Shown here: positions 25,201 through 39,100 of the stretch, one piece after another
How positions within the stretch are numbered: the first letter of the stretch is position 1
Layout of the letters: each line of letters starts with the position of its first letter
Assembly: GCA_038087875.1 (NCBI GenBank)
Contig: CM075988.1
Coordinates: forward strand, 18,788,001 to 18,852,000
From: Malacoraja senta
Lineage: Eukaryota
Direction: 5' to 3'
DNA: 64,000 bases
Notes under the pieces: generated by a model
What the model saw: the letters and a program-made list of their open reading frames with translations, nothing else
Database searches by the model: none
What the model was told of the DNA's origin: nothing
Program-made: the position numbers and the translations under genes

Positions 25201-26380
25201 CTCCGTACAGACAGCACCCGCAGTCGGATCGAACCCGTGTCTCTGGCGCTGTGTCTCTGGTCCTCGATCCCTCTGCTGACAAGAGAAACTTCCTTGAATA
25301 TACCATATCTCAGCCAGTTTTGACCTTGTACATTCCGAACAGATATCCCCTCAATGGCTTTGCTCAAGGTAGAACATCCACCTTCTCAAGTCCACGTTCC
25401 TTGAAGTTAATCACAACCTCTGGCAGTCGTGTCTCCTGCTGCCGATAGTTCTCTCCCTCAAACCTTTCTGTTTCTCAGCCTTTCTTTTCTCCTTCACAAA
25501 GATGTTGAAAAGCTCTCATATCAAGCAAGCTTCTGCCCATTTCCTCTCACATTTAAACTTGTTTGATTTGCTGCTGCTTCTGTGAAGTGCCTCAAAATGT
25601 TTTCTTCGGTTAAGGGTTCTGAAAAGAATTTGAATTCTTTCAATGATATGAAGAACATAAGGCACTTTTGCGTGACATTTAATAGAATACTCATGCCCTC
25701 AGTAAGCTACTAATACTGCTCAGCTTTCTGCTCCAGAGAGCTATCTTTTTGTATGAAGGTGTTAATTCTCGAGGATAAATATCTTAAAATATATTATTAC
25801 ATAATGTAAGTGCAAATATTTTTATGAGGTATATTTAAGACACATCAACATTTCATCATATGTTCCAATCTTTATTTAAAAAAAAAAGTTTAACAATGTT
25901 TTTTTTATTTTTCGTTTAGAAGCTCTACAATTGTTTACCAGGTTTGAACACTTAGCCAGCTTGTTGCAATTGTAACTGCTGGATTCTAGGGATCCCAATG
26001 AATCTCTGTCATACAGGCGCTGGTATGGGAAAAGGCTGTTCACTTTTCTTCCCAGCTTTGAGCTCCACGGATTCCTTTAAGGTCAACCTCAGAACTTATC
26101 ACTGTTCTACTGACTGCAAACTCCCCTCTGCAAACCAACTGCAAACCAACCTCCCTTCTATTGAGTCTCATTTGTACCTCACGTTGCCTCGGCAGGGCCA
26201 GCAACATAACCAAGGACGAGTCGCACCCTGGCCACATCCTCTTCTCCCCTCTCCCATCAGCCAAACGGCAAAGAAGTGTGAAAACGCACACCACCTGATT
26301 CAGGGACAGTTTCTTCCCAGCTGTTATCAGACAACTGAACCATCCTACCACAACTAGAGAGCAGTGCTGAACTACTATCT

Positions 26381-26516
26381 GGGGTGGGAGATTGCAACCT
26401 TCACGTGGTCCCCCCTGTTTCGACTAATGCAATCAACCCGACGTGCACAAATAAGATCAAATAGAACAAGTTGACCAACAACTTTAGGCTGTGCACGCCA
26501 TACGTAAGAAGAAGAA
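26381..26516 (+). mobile_element. Short non-LTR retroposon 3' end with (AAG)n tail, unclassified
   Basis: 12-bp TSD GAACTACTATCT (26369-26380, 26517-26528) and an AAGAAGAAG tail. Confidence 0.7.
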
Positions 26517-26754
26517 GAACTACTATCTACCTCTTTGACGATCTCCGGGCTATCCTTGATCAGACTTTGCTGGTTTTACCTTGCACGAAATGTTATTTCC
26601 CTATCATGTATCTACACACTGTAAATGTATCGATTGTAATCATGTATTGTCCTTCTGCTGACTGGATAGCACGCAACAAAAGCTTTTCACTGTACCTCGG
26701 TACACGTGACAATAAACTTAATTGGCTTTGGTAAGTTGTAAAAAATTGTCCCTC

Positions 26755-27022
26755 ATTTAGTTCAGAGATAGAGCACGGAAACAAGCCCTTCGGCCCACTG
26801 AGTCCGCATCGACCAGCGACCCCCACACATTAACACCATCCTACACATACTATTTACAATTACATCAAGCCGATTAACCTGTACCTCTTTGGAGTGTGGG
26901 AGGAAACCGAAGATCTTGAAGAAAACCCATGCTGTCACGGGGAGAACGTACAAACTCCATACAGACAGCACCCGTAGTCGGGATCGAACCCGAGTCTCCG
27001 GCGCTGTAAGGCAGCAACTCTA
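26755..27022 (-). mobile_element. HE1-like V-SINE nested in an oppositely oriented SINE 3' part
   Basis: Full minus-strand copy. The plus-strand SINE stops at ~26753 (TTGTCCCT) and resumes at ~27023 (CCCTAGTGTGTAGG). Confidence 0.75.
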
Positions 27023-29308
27023 CCGCTACACCATCGTGCCGCCCTAGTGTGTAGGATAGTGCTAGTGTACGGGATGATTGCACGGACTCAGTGGCTTGAA
27101 GGGCCTATTTCGACGCTGTATCTCTAAAGTCTAAAGTCCAACTCTAAGCTCTCTAAATTCTCTAAAGTCATGAGAGGAATAAATCAGGTAGATGCACAGA
27201 GTCTCTTGCCCAGAGTAGGGGAATCGAGGACCAGAGGACATAGTTTCAAGGTGAAGGGGAAATGATTTCATAGGAATCTGAGGGGTAACTTTTTTCATAC
27301 AAAGGTTGGTGGGTGTATGGAACAAGCTGCCAGATGAGGTAGTTGAGGCTGGGACTACCCCAACGTATAAGAATCAGTTAGAGAGGTACTTGGATAGGCC
27401 AGGTTTGGAGAGATATGGACCAAGCGCAGGCAGGTGGGACTAGTGTAGGTGGGACATGTTGGCCAGTGTGGGCAAGCTGGGCCGAAGGGCCTGTTTCCAC
27501 ACTGTATCACTCTATGACACTATGACTCTATCTAAAGTTTAAAAGTCTGCTTATGTGACTGCTCCAGTTAAACTTTTACTCAATGGCTTCTGCAGTCTGC
27601 CAGTTCCCAGTTATGGTAGATATCGGCTGGTCCATCACGGGTACTGACCTCTCCACCATCGAAGGGATCTACAGGAGGTACTGCCTCAAAAAGCATAATT
27701 GTGTTTTGCTCCAATGCCTTTATTTTTTTTTTGCACAGTCTCTTTCTTTTATTGTCTTGCAGAATTTCTGTGCAATTTATGTATAATTTACCTTTCAATG
27801 TGAGTCCATGTGCCCGTGATGCTGCTGCCAGCAAGATTTTTTATAATACCTGCAACTCACCCTTCCTGTGTCTATGACAAATTAACCTGACTTGAGACTT
27901 GGGACTTGACTTGATCCAGAGAGCCGCTGGAGGAGCTGGGAGATCTCCAAAGGCTGGAGGGAGACCGAATGATAGAGGAAAGGGAAGCCATGGAGCAGTC
28001 TGAAAATGAGGAAGAGAATTTGTAAAATTGATAGGGAACCATTGTAGCTCAACAAGCACAGGAATTAAATGGAGCAAAATAATGAGCAAAAGGTCATAAA
28101 ATGTGACTGGAGCGAGTATAAATAATTCGGGCAATCTTTTGGACAAGAACAGGGTACTAATAGATAGCCTGAGTGGGTTTTAGTATGAGGCCATTTCAAG
28201 GAACATTGTGTATCCGTGACAAGATGATTTACTGGAGTATTGGCTTTTTAAGTAAGAGTGGTTATTAAGCGAATTGACTTAAAATACCAAACCTCTTTCA
28301 AGTAAAGAGATTGCCTACTAACAGCATTGGTAAAATAATGGTAGAAAACGCTTTGTTTGTTATCTTGCACTTTGAAAGGGCAACTAATTCCCAGTGATGT
28401 ATGTTGCTGTTCTGTCAAGTCGCCTGCCTTTCCATCTAAAATCTCTTTTAAGGCAACTGATGGTGATTGTATACGTGATCTATTGAGACAGTGATTCTAT
28501 TTTGTTGTTGCACAGTGATGGAGCCGCTGCCTTGCAGTAACAGTGACCCGGGTTCGATCCTGACTAAGGGTGCTGTCAGTACAGAGTTTGTACCTGCGAC
28601 CGTGAGGCTTTTCCCCAGTTGCTCCGATTTCTTCCCACATTATAAAGGTGTGCTGGATAATTGGCTTCTGTCTAAATTGCCCCTTGTGTGTAGGATGTGA
28701 GAGTGGGATAACATAGAACTAGTGTACTGACGATCGTGGGTTAGCGCAGACTCGGTGGGCCAAAGTGCCTGTTTCCACACCGTATCTCTAAATTGTTAAC
28801 CTCTTGCAGTCAGATCTCTCCACCCTATGAGTTTGTTCATTCAATTGACAAGAGACATTGACCAACCGGGAAGGTTGATAATGCAATGTTTCACCAAGCT
28901 GGTGCTCATGTTCTCATTGCCCCCTGGAGTCACAGTCACACAGTCACACAGTCTTGGTGAGGTTGCACTTGGAGTATTGTGTTTGGTCACCCTGCCCTGC
29001 TGCAGGATTGATTGCATTAAGCTGGCAAAAATGCGGAGATATAATAAGATGTTGTCACGACTTGCGGGCTTGAGCCATCGGGGGAGATTGGGCAGGCGAG
29101 GACTTTATTCCTTCTGCTTTCCTCCTTTGCAATGTGAGAGCATTTCAATTGTACGCTGTAAGTTGTTTGACATTGAATAATCTCAAGGATGTTTTCTTAT
29201 TCTTTTTATTGCTATGGTTCAGGTAACTCCAACAAAGAAGTTTAGAATAAACTAACTTTACATCTTTCAGATCCTGATGTGGATCCGAATATTGTTTTTT
29301 TAAGGTTA

Positions 29309-29640
29309 AACCCCAGTCCCATGGTACGGGTTCATTCCAAGAGCTCTCCCTAGTTTGCCCTGATTCGAACTCGGAGATTTACGATAAAGGCCACTCGTCG
29401 GTACTCGGGGCTCTCGTGGACATTTTTCAACATGTTGAAAAATCTTCACCAGTCTTCCTGAGCTTACCTGCCGTTAGCGAGTCTTCCCGAGCTTACCTGC
29501 CGTTAGCGTTACGAGCCGCTAAGAGACGTCCCCGCGCTCCGAAGTGCCCGCTACGTTCATTCTCCGTGCTTACCCCGAGTTTGATTTTTTTAAAACTCGG
29601 GAGAGAGCTTGGAATGAACTCGTACTGTGGGACAGGGCTA
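29309..29640. mobile_element. PIF/Harbinger-like MITE
   Basis: Imperfect TIRs (CCCAGTCCCA.../...GTGGGACAGGG) with TTA on both sides. The interior matches 43537-43844 in reverse orientation. Confidence 0.75.
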
Positions 29641-32445
29641 TTATTCTCTTTAACTTTGATGGTCCCTGGGAAGATTGTATTAGTTTGGATAAACTAATCC
29701 CACTAGGAAAACCTCAATTAGCAGCCTCACTTGGAGGGAAATGAGAAAGTAAATCATTGTTGGTTTAGTGGAGTGGTACACTGCACAGGATGGGATCATT
29801 TCCTTTCCGCCCGAAGGAACTTAATATGGTGACTGATGACCAATTAATTTTAATTGGGGTCAGATTCAGTCATCCAAATGGAAGGTGTTTCTGGATGCAG
29901 AATGATCTGTGCTCAGGAGGGTGGAGAGAGGAGAGTGGAGACCAAAATCCAGATAACGGGTGGGAACCATCAACTACTGACTGTGCGCAGTACATTGGGG
30001 GTGGGATAGCATGGGCATGATGGGCTGAACGGCTTCCTGCAGTGCCATTATTTTCTACGGCTGCAAGATTCTATGAAAACAACCTCTTACAATTGGCTGA
30101 TAGGATTGGATTAGCAGCAGTCATTCAGAATTGAAACTCCGAGCATACTACACGGTAGATTATAGCCCAGTCACAGACCCTTCAGCCCATAATGGCTGTG
30201 CTGAACACAACACCAAGTTAAACTCATCTCCTCTGCCCACTTGTGATCCACTTCCCTCCATTCCCTACAGATAGAGTCATGGAATCATCGAGTCATACAG
30301 CACGGAAACAGGTCCTTCAGCCCAACTTGTTCACACCAACCAAGATGCCCCATCTAAGCCGGCTCTACTTTTTGGGAAGGCGCTGCTCATTCAATGTCTG
30401 TATTAAGATGCTGCAGATGTTCTACCAATCGGTGGTAGCCAGTGCCATCTTCTTTGCTGCAAAGTGCTGGGGCAGCAGAAGGAAGGCTGCGGTCGCCAAT
30501 AGGATTAACAAACTCATCAGGAAGTCTGGCTCCGTCCTGGGGGCGGAGTTGGCTTCATGGGAGGTGGTCTTGGAGTAGAGGATGTTCCCCAAACTGCGGA
30601 GCATCCTGGACAATACAGCTCACCCCCTCCATGACACACTGGTCAACCTGAGGAGCACCTTCAGCAACAGACTGGTTCCACCAAGATGCAGCACAGAACG
30701 CCACAGGAGATCCTTCTTCCCTGTGGATATCAAATGTACAACTCCTCCCCCTTCTGTCGTGGGGTAGTCTGAGACTGACTCACCTCCCCATTCTTTGCAC
30801 ATCCCCAATCCTTTCCACTCATCACTTTAATTTCATGTTTCATGTATTTTGTGTTTTTATGACTGTTGGCAGATCAATTTCCCTCCTGGGATAAATAAGG
30901 TTATATCATATTGTATCGTAAGTAAGAAGCTCTTAAAAGCCACTATCGTATCTGCTTCCACCACCACCCCTGGCAGCGGGTTCTAGCACCCAGCACCCTC
31001 TGGGTAAAGAAATTGCCCTATGCATCTCTTTTAAGGGTTTCTCCTCTCACCTTAAAGCGGTGCTCTCCAATGTTGGACATTTCCACCCTGGGAGAAAGGC
31101 TCTGACTGTCTACCTTGTTTATGCCTCTAGTAATTTTATATTCTTCTATCAGGACCTCCCTCAACCTCCGGCGTTCCAGAGAAGACAATCCAAGTCTGTC
31201 TAACTTCTCCTTCTAGCTAGCGCCAGGACATAACTCTAAGTTAAACTCATCTCCTCTGTCTGCTTGTGATCCTATTCCAGGCTGCATTCTGGCACAAAGT
31301 GCTGAGTTACTTTAGCAGGTCAGGCAGCAATTCTAGAGAACATGGGTGACGTTTCAGGTCAATATCCTTCTTCTGTGTGAGTGTGGGGTGGCGGGGGAGC
31401 AGAGGGTGGAAAGAACCTTGAAGAGGTGAGGGCAAGACAAAGCCTGGGAGGTAATAGGTTGATACAGGTGAGGGGTAAATGTTGATAGACAGATGGTGGA
31501 CAAAGCCAAGAGATGAAATGACGGAAGGTGCGAGACAAAAGGACTGGAGTTGTGAATTGTGAAGTTAGAGGAAGAAATGTTGGTGGAAGGGGAGGAGAAG
31601 GAGAGAGATAGCTGTGTCTAAATGGGGCACACAGGAGGGTGTCGATGGGGAAATGGGAAGGGGTGAAGGGAAGAAGGAAGAAGGAAGGGTTTTGTAGTTA
31701 CCTAATACTGCAGAATTCAATGTTCACACCAATGTGTAGTAAGCTACCCAAGTGGAATTTGAGGTGTTGTTCCTTCAGTTTGCATGTGGTGTCCCTCTGG
31801 CAATGGAGGGGGTCCAGGACAGAAAGCTCAACATGGGAATGGGAAAAGGATTTAAAATGGTTGGCAACTTGGAGATCCCTGGTTCTTTTCTAGAACCATG
31901 GAGTGATAGAGCTTAGAAACAGGCTCTTCGGCCCTACTCATCTATGCCGACCAAGAAGGACATTTTCTCTAAGTACTTCTTACAATCAGCATTTACCTCC
32001 GCTCAGCTTAACCTTCCTCATCTTCATTTCCACATCTTTGTTTTGCGTCCTATTTGCCAATGTATTCCAAATCATCTTAGGTAAAACCAATGAATTATCC
32101 ATTCCTTTGTAAGCTTCTGGATAGAGTCATGGAGCTGTAGCATGTATGGTATGTACGACACTTTATTTTTCACATGTTCCGAGGTGCAGTGAAATTCATT
32201 TTGGTATACAGTTCAGTACAAGTATCACTACACATAAGCACTTAGATACATATTAGATAAGCATCACAGATAGAAACATAGAAGCATAGACATAGAAAAC
32301 AGGAGTAGGCCCTTCGGCCCTTCGAGCCACCACCACCATTCAATATGATCATGGCTGATCATCCAAAATCAGTACCGCGTTCTTGCTTTCTCCCCATATC
32401 CCTTGATTCCGTTAGCCCTAAGAGTTATATCTAACTCTCTCTTGA

Positions 32446-32927
32446 ATTATTCCTGGGATGTCAGGACTGTCTTATGAAGAAAGACTGGATAGACTTGGTT
32501 TATATTCTCTAGAATTTAGGAGATTGAGAGGGAATCTTATAGAAACTTACAAAATTCTTAAGGGGTTGGACAGGCTAGATGCAGGAAGATTGCTCCCGAT
32601 GTTGGGGAAGACCAGGACAAGGGGTCACAGCTTAAGGATAAGGGGGAAATCCTTTAAAACCGAGATGAGAAGAACTTTTTTCACACAGAGAGTGGTGAAT
32701 CTGTGGAACTCTCTGCCACAGAGGGTAGTCGAGGCCAGTTCATTGGGTATATTTAAGAGGGAGTTAGATGTGGCCCTTGTGGCTAAAGGGATCAGAGGGT
32801 ATGGAGAGAAGGCAGGTACGGGATATTGAGTTGGATGATCAGCCATGATCATATTGAATGGCGGTGCAGGCTCGAAGGGCCGAATGGCCTACTCCTGCAC
32901 CTAATTTCTATGTTTCTATGTTTCTAT
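32446..32927 (+). mobile_element. CR1-clade LINE 3' fragment (young, open ORF2 end)
   Basis: ORF 32458..32829 reads GLSYEERLDRLGLYSLEFRRLRGNLIETYKILKG..., followed by a (TTTCTATG)n tail. Confidence 0.9.
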
Positions 32928-34371
32928 GAATACATACGATACAAGTGTATATAGCAGTAGTACACTGAGATAGTATACAAAGTCAGAAACAGGCCCTTCA
33001 GCCCATCTTGTCCATGCCGACCCAGTCGTCATACTTGTGCTGGTCTCATTCCCTTGCGTTTCGCCCATGGCGATCTAAACCCTTCCCGTCCATACCCTTG
33101 TAGTAGGTGGCAGCTCGCTGTGCACGACTGACTCCCGGTCTGACGTAGAACATGGCTTCATTGGTCACGGAGCCCACCAAGGTCCCCCCCCCATCCCCCC
33201 ACCATCCTCCCTCGAGGTCGGTGAGGGCACTATATAAACGCAAGTCTATTTTTCAGAGCTTTAAGCAATCACCGGGAACATCAAAATCTTAATCATTATG
33301 TGAAAACCTTTCAGGGCAGATGCAAATAAATAATTCAGTACTTCATGAGAAACTGCAGCTGCTTTATCAAAGCATTCCCGTGCTTCTCTCCGCATAACCC
33401 AAGGCACAAAAGGCACACGTTACACAGGGCCATCAGCATGGCCACCTTCTTGCTATTTATTTTCTTGACGGTCTTATAATATCATTACGGGTTGAACGAC
33501 TAAGTACATTTTCATCTTTCTAGCGATTTGGCAGCCGGGTCGCTGAGTGACCCAAACAGCATCCTTATTTATATCCGGGATTTGCGCAAAGTGTTTCCAG
33601 ATTGGCCCAGTGAAGCATAGAAGTGAAAATGTTTGCAATGTAAAAGCAGATTAAATTAGACACAACACAAACACTGCAGTTCCATTCAAGAACATTAACC
33701 GCTGTGTAAACGAAGAACCCTGCCCCAGTCACTGCTTGCACAGCGGTGCAACGGAGAGCTGCTTCACAACATCAACATGTTTAATCCTATTATTCATGTC
33801 AGATTTGGGAAGAAAGATGCAAGCGAATTCACTTAGACGAGGAGGATTATACACTGAAAGGGGTAGTTCAATACTGTTTCAGAATGTTTAATATGGTTTC
33901 AGTTTCAAATGGTAACACAGCTGGTCTGTACACCCTTAAATCATAGACACACAATGAACCGCAGATGCTGGTTAACAATAAAAGACAGAAAGTGCTGGAG
34001 TAACTCTGGGTCAGGCAGCATGATTGGAGAACATAGATAGGTGACAGTTCTACCAGCGGTAGAAGGTTGTCAGCAGCTGTTGGGGCAGATCAGTCTTTTT
34101 CAATGTTCTCAGGAAGAACAGCCTTCTTGACCAGCGCAGCGGTGTTGGTGGACCAAGTAAGGTCCTCAGAAATGTGTGTGCCCAGAAACCTAAATCTGGA
34201 CACTCTCTCCACACTGTCCCCGTTGATAGAGATTGGGGCGTATTCCCCATTATGTGTCCTCCTGAAGTCGATAATCAGCTCCTTGGTCCTGGAGGTGGCC
34301 TTTAACCATGCTTTTCAGTGGGTTCCCTGGACATGTTATAATCTATTTCCCACATTTAGCTACTTCACTAA

Positions 34372-34658
34372 TGGGCCTGTCAACTTGTTCGGCGACTGCC
34401 GGCACCCGTCATAGGTCAGCGGCGACTAGATAGACGCTACGACTCTTTGGGCGACTGAGGAGACTACTCACGACCATACAGGTGACACCCTGGCGACATG
34501 TCTTGGGGTGAAGCCTGTATGGTCGTGAGTAGTCACCCAAAGAGTCGTACCTTGTTCTGGTCGCTGCTGGATTTTCAACACGTTGAACATTTTCGGCGAC
34601 CTGCAATGACATATGACGGGCAAGCCGCTGAAAATGTCGCGTAAGTGGGACAGGCCCC
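34372..34658. mobile_element. PIF/Harbinger-like MITE
   Basis: GGGCCTGTC.../...GTGGGACAGGCCC termini with a TAA TSD (34369-34371, 34659-34661). Confidence 0.78.
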
Positions 34659-35639
34659 TAAGAATCACACCTAGCAAACCAACATGTGTCTGTCAGGGCT
34701 ACAAACGTAACGAGTTAACCGTCGAAGTGCAGAAGGTGCTGTCGGATTCCGCAGGGCTTGCTGTTGTAGCCTTCTCTGCGCTAATATACAGGAGTCATTG
34801 AGATGGCCACAGACTTCAGTTGTATATGAGCAACCCTGCCACTGTAACTGGAGGCTTTCTCAGTGTGTCAGATGCTGGTGACCTTTCCAATGCATTCTAC
34901 ATCAAATGACTGCTTCCCAATCCATCTGGTGGTAAAAGAATAATTCTAAGGCACGGAGTCAAGTGTCAAGAGTGTTTACTTGTCATATCTATAAACTAAA
35001 CTAAACTAAACTATGTACTGGCAACGGAACAAGGACATGCTTACTTGCAGCAGCTTAACATGCCTATTAATACAATAACACAAATAAGTATATAATGTTC
35101 AATAAGATAATAACAATCAGTAATACCAGGGATCCATAATATTGCATAATCGGTCAAAAGTGCAAACAAAGACACAGTCCTCAGAAGACCATGGTTGCTG
35201 AGGTTAGTGTCGTGCGGTGTTCAAAAGACTGATAGAGGCTGAGAAGAAGCTGTTCTTGAACTTGGAGGTCACGGTTTGCAGACTCCTGTACTTTCTTCAC
35301 GATGGTAGTGGTGAGATGAGAGCGTGGCCAGGGCGGTGTGGGTCTTTGATGGTGTTCGCTGCCTTTTTTTAAGACAGCACCACCTGTAGATCCCTTTGAT
35401 GGTGGAGAGGTCAGCAGCTGCATGGGGGTCTGGGACATGAGACATGATATGTGTAACACTCTCTGGAATACGATCCCTGAAGATAGATATTCCTAAATTC
35501 CAAGTCTGTTCTGTTCGAAAGAATTGAAATTAATAATAGACCCAGACAAACCATTAGCCGGGGCATTAAGATATATGCAGAGACAGGAAGAACTGCAGAT
35601 GCTACAATCTTGCATAAAACACAAAGTGGTGGAGTAACT

Positions 35640-36150
35640 CAGGAGGGTAATTTCCTGCATTCTAATGCTCCTGACGTGGCCTTCACTTCGGCATGACCAA
35701 ATGTAGACTAGGCGACCGTTTTGCCGAATCCTTGCAATCAGTCCACCAAGACCTGCAGCATCTCCCGGTTGACAACCATTTCAACTCCCCTTCTCTTCTC
35801 ATTCCCACACTGACCTTTCTGTCCTGGGCCTCCTCCATTACCAGAGTGATGCCGCATACAAACTGGAGGAACAACACCTCATATTCCACTTGGATAGCTC
35901 ACAACCCAATGGCATGTACATTGAATTCCCCAATTTTAGTAAAACATTCCCCTCCCTCCCTCCCCCTTTCTTTGTGTGATACTTTGCTCCCCATCCCAGC
36001 GTGCACTCAGGTTTCCCACGATCCTGCCCCTCTTCCTCCACCCCATCTCCTTCCACCTACACCCCTTCTTACAGCTTTACATTTCACTCCTCTCCTCTCT
36101 GTATCAGACACTCTCCTTCTCTTCTTTGGCATCTGTCCACCCATCTGCCA
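35640..36150 (+). mobile_element. Penelope-like element GIY-YIG endonuclease fragment plus pyrimidine-rich 3' region
   Basis: TKCRLGDRFAESLQSV...LPVDNHFNSPS, and in another frame VLGLLHYQS...KLEEQHLIFHL...QPNGM. Confidence 0.8.
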
Positions 36151-39100
36151 TAACGGGGTTCACGAGGTTAATTTCCGGGATGGCGGGACTGTCATATTTT
36201 CGATAGAATGGAGCGGCTGGGCTTGTCTACTCCAGAATTTAGAAGGTTGAAAGGGGATCTTATTGAACCATATAAGATTATTAAGGAATTGGACATGCTA
36301 GAGGCAGGAAACATGTCCCTGATGTTGGGGGAGTCCAGAACCAGGGGCCGCTGTTTAAGAATAAGGAGTAAGCCATTTAGAACAGAGATGAGGAAAAAAA
36401 AATTTACCCAGAGAGTTGTGAATCTGTGAAATTCTCTGCCTCAGAAGGCGGTGGAGGTCAATTCACTGGATGCTTTCAAGAGAGAGTTAGATAGTGCTCT
36501 TAAAGATAACGGTCAGGGGATATGGGGAGAAGGCTGGAACGGGGTACTGATTGGGGATGATCAGCCATGATCACATTGAATGGCGGTGCTGGCTTGAAGG
36601 GCCGAATGGCCTACTCCTGCACCTATTGTCTATTGTCTACGGAGTGAAGGAAATAGGCAACGTTGCGGCCCGCAACGTTGCCTATTTCCTTCGCTCCATA
36701 GATGCTGCCGCACCCGCTGAGTTTCTCCAGCATTTTTGTCTACCTTCGATTTTCCAGCATCTGCAGTTCCTTCTTGAACACATGATCACAGTGAATAGCG
36801 GTGCTGGCTCGAAGGGCCGAATGGCCTACTCCTGCACCTATTGTCTATTGTCTATAAACCACCCCTCTCACCTGTATCCACCTATCACTTGCCAGACTTT
36901 GTCCCGTCCCCCATTTCTTTTCCAGCTTTCTCCCCCCCCCCCCCCGCTCCCCACTCCAGTCAATCTGAAGAAGAATCCCGACCCGAAACATCGTCATACA
37001 TTCCTTGTACAGATGCTACCTGACCTGCTGAGTGACTCCAGCACTTTGTGCTTCACATCATATATAAGAACAGGGAGTTCATGGCACAATATTATAGAAG
37101 TTCACAGCAGGAATATGGTGCTGTTCCGGTTACCACTCTATAGAGAGGAAATGACTGCAATGGAGATAGTGTAGAGCAGGTTCATCAGTACATTGGCTGG
37201 AGTGGAGTTATGTATCCTTCTGCCACCGCCCTCATGAGTTGGCTTAACACGCTAGGGACAATCTTTACATTTACACCAAGCCAATTAGCCTACAAACCTG
37301 TATGTCTTTGGACTGTGGGAGGAAGCCGGAGCCTCTCAGAGAAACCCACGCAGGTCACGGGGAGAACGTACAAACTCTGTACAAACAAACACCCATAGTC
37401 AGGATCGAACCCGGGTCTCTGGCGCTGTAAGGCAGCAACTCTACCATTACACCACCGTGCCGGCCTTATTGGACAAAGCTTTTCACTGCACATCAGTACA
37501 CGTGACAATAATAAACCTAAACCTAAACCCTCTGTGCCAACAGGAACATTTCCATATAACTATCAGACTAGAAGCCATTTGGAAGATGAGCAAAAACCCC
37601 CACTGAGTATGGATGCATTGTGCCCGATGGCATGATTTACATCCTAACTCTCAAATCAATGCAATCGATTTATGACCTTCCTTGCCTTTGCTTACAGAAA
37701 TATTTACAACGCTCTTAGCTCGCTATGACATGTTTATTTACATGTGGTCACTGAGGTATGAAAGAAGTCTTTGCAAAATTCATCAAACATTCCAAAAGTC
37801 AAAGTTGCCTTTTGGTTGACTGCGGAGAGGCACTGTCAGATGCTGCCCCTGCTATGCTTTAGTCTTGCGTTAATGATTTGCTCTTCTAAGTCAGATCAAC
37901 AAACAGAAACATCGCCCTTTTGTCCTTTTGCTCTTGTTCCCAATCAAAGACAGAAGCCCGTGGTGCCCAGCGGTCAGTATTTAGTTTTCTATTTCGTTTA
38001 GTCTAGAGATACATCGCAGAAACAGGCCTTCGACCCACCCATTCCGCACCGACCTGCGATCCCTGCACATTGACACTATCCTACACACATTAGGGACAAT
38101 TTACATTTTATACCAAGCCAATTAACCTGCAAACCTGTACATCTTTGGAGTGTGGAAGGAAACCAAAGATCTGGGAGAAAACCCACGGGGAGAACGTACA
38201 AAGTCCGTGCAGGCAACACCTGTCGTCAGGATCAAACCCGGGTCCCTGGCACTATAAGCGCTGTAAGGCAGCAACTCTACCGCTGTGCCATCGTGCCGCA
38301 GATGTCCAACCCCAGCTGCAGCTGGCCATAAAGGCCTGTTGTAGCCGTCACATCTCTCCGGTCATCCAGCGAAGTGCCATCCTCCTTGTCCGGCTATCTT
38401 CAACCATAGTGTCCGAGGAGGAGCCTCCCACATCCAAACTTGAAGGTTTGGAAGGTGAGACCGTTCTTCCTGCCATCTCTTGCCCGGTGCCTGCTGCCAA
38501 CGTTGATATGATGCATTGGAGCAAGTGTGAGGGTCCGTGTGGTCGGGCCCACTGACCACACCACCATTATCCACGGCTCAAGTGAGTGCAGGTTCAGTAA
38601 CTCCATGTAGGTCCTGGTTTACACCGAAGATAGACACAAAATGCTGGAGTAACTCAGCCGGATAGGCAGCATCTCTGGAGAGAAGGAATGGGTGATGTTT
38701 CGGGTCGAATCCCTTCTTCAGACTGATGTCAGGGGAGTGGGAGGTACATAGATAAGGAAGTGTGTGGATATGCAAGGGAAGGTGTGAAAACAGGACAAAG
38801 GAAATGGAGATCAAGGGAAATGTAGAATAGATCATTGTTAGTTAGGAGAAGGTGACAACAAAGTAAACAGAGATTAAATGCAGTCGGAGACACTAAGACT
38901 GGTCGGAGAACTGGGAATCGATATGATTTGACTGGATAGCACGCAAACAAAAGCTTTTCACTGTATCTCACTAGTGATAATAATATACCAATACCAATAG
39001 CAATTCTATTGGCCATTTTTAAAAGAAAGGTTTTGTCTGGCTATTAAAATCACTTTTTACCTTCTTTTTACTTTCTATCTTTCAAAAGGAAATGAGGAGG

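Noticed and set aside
36551..37174. 207-aa ORF
   Set aside because: It is a read-through of concatenated CR1 tails and Penelope-derived units.
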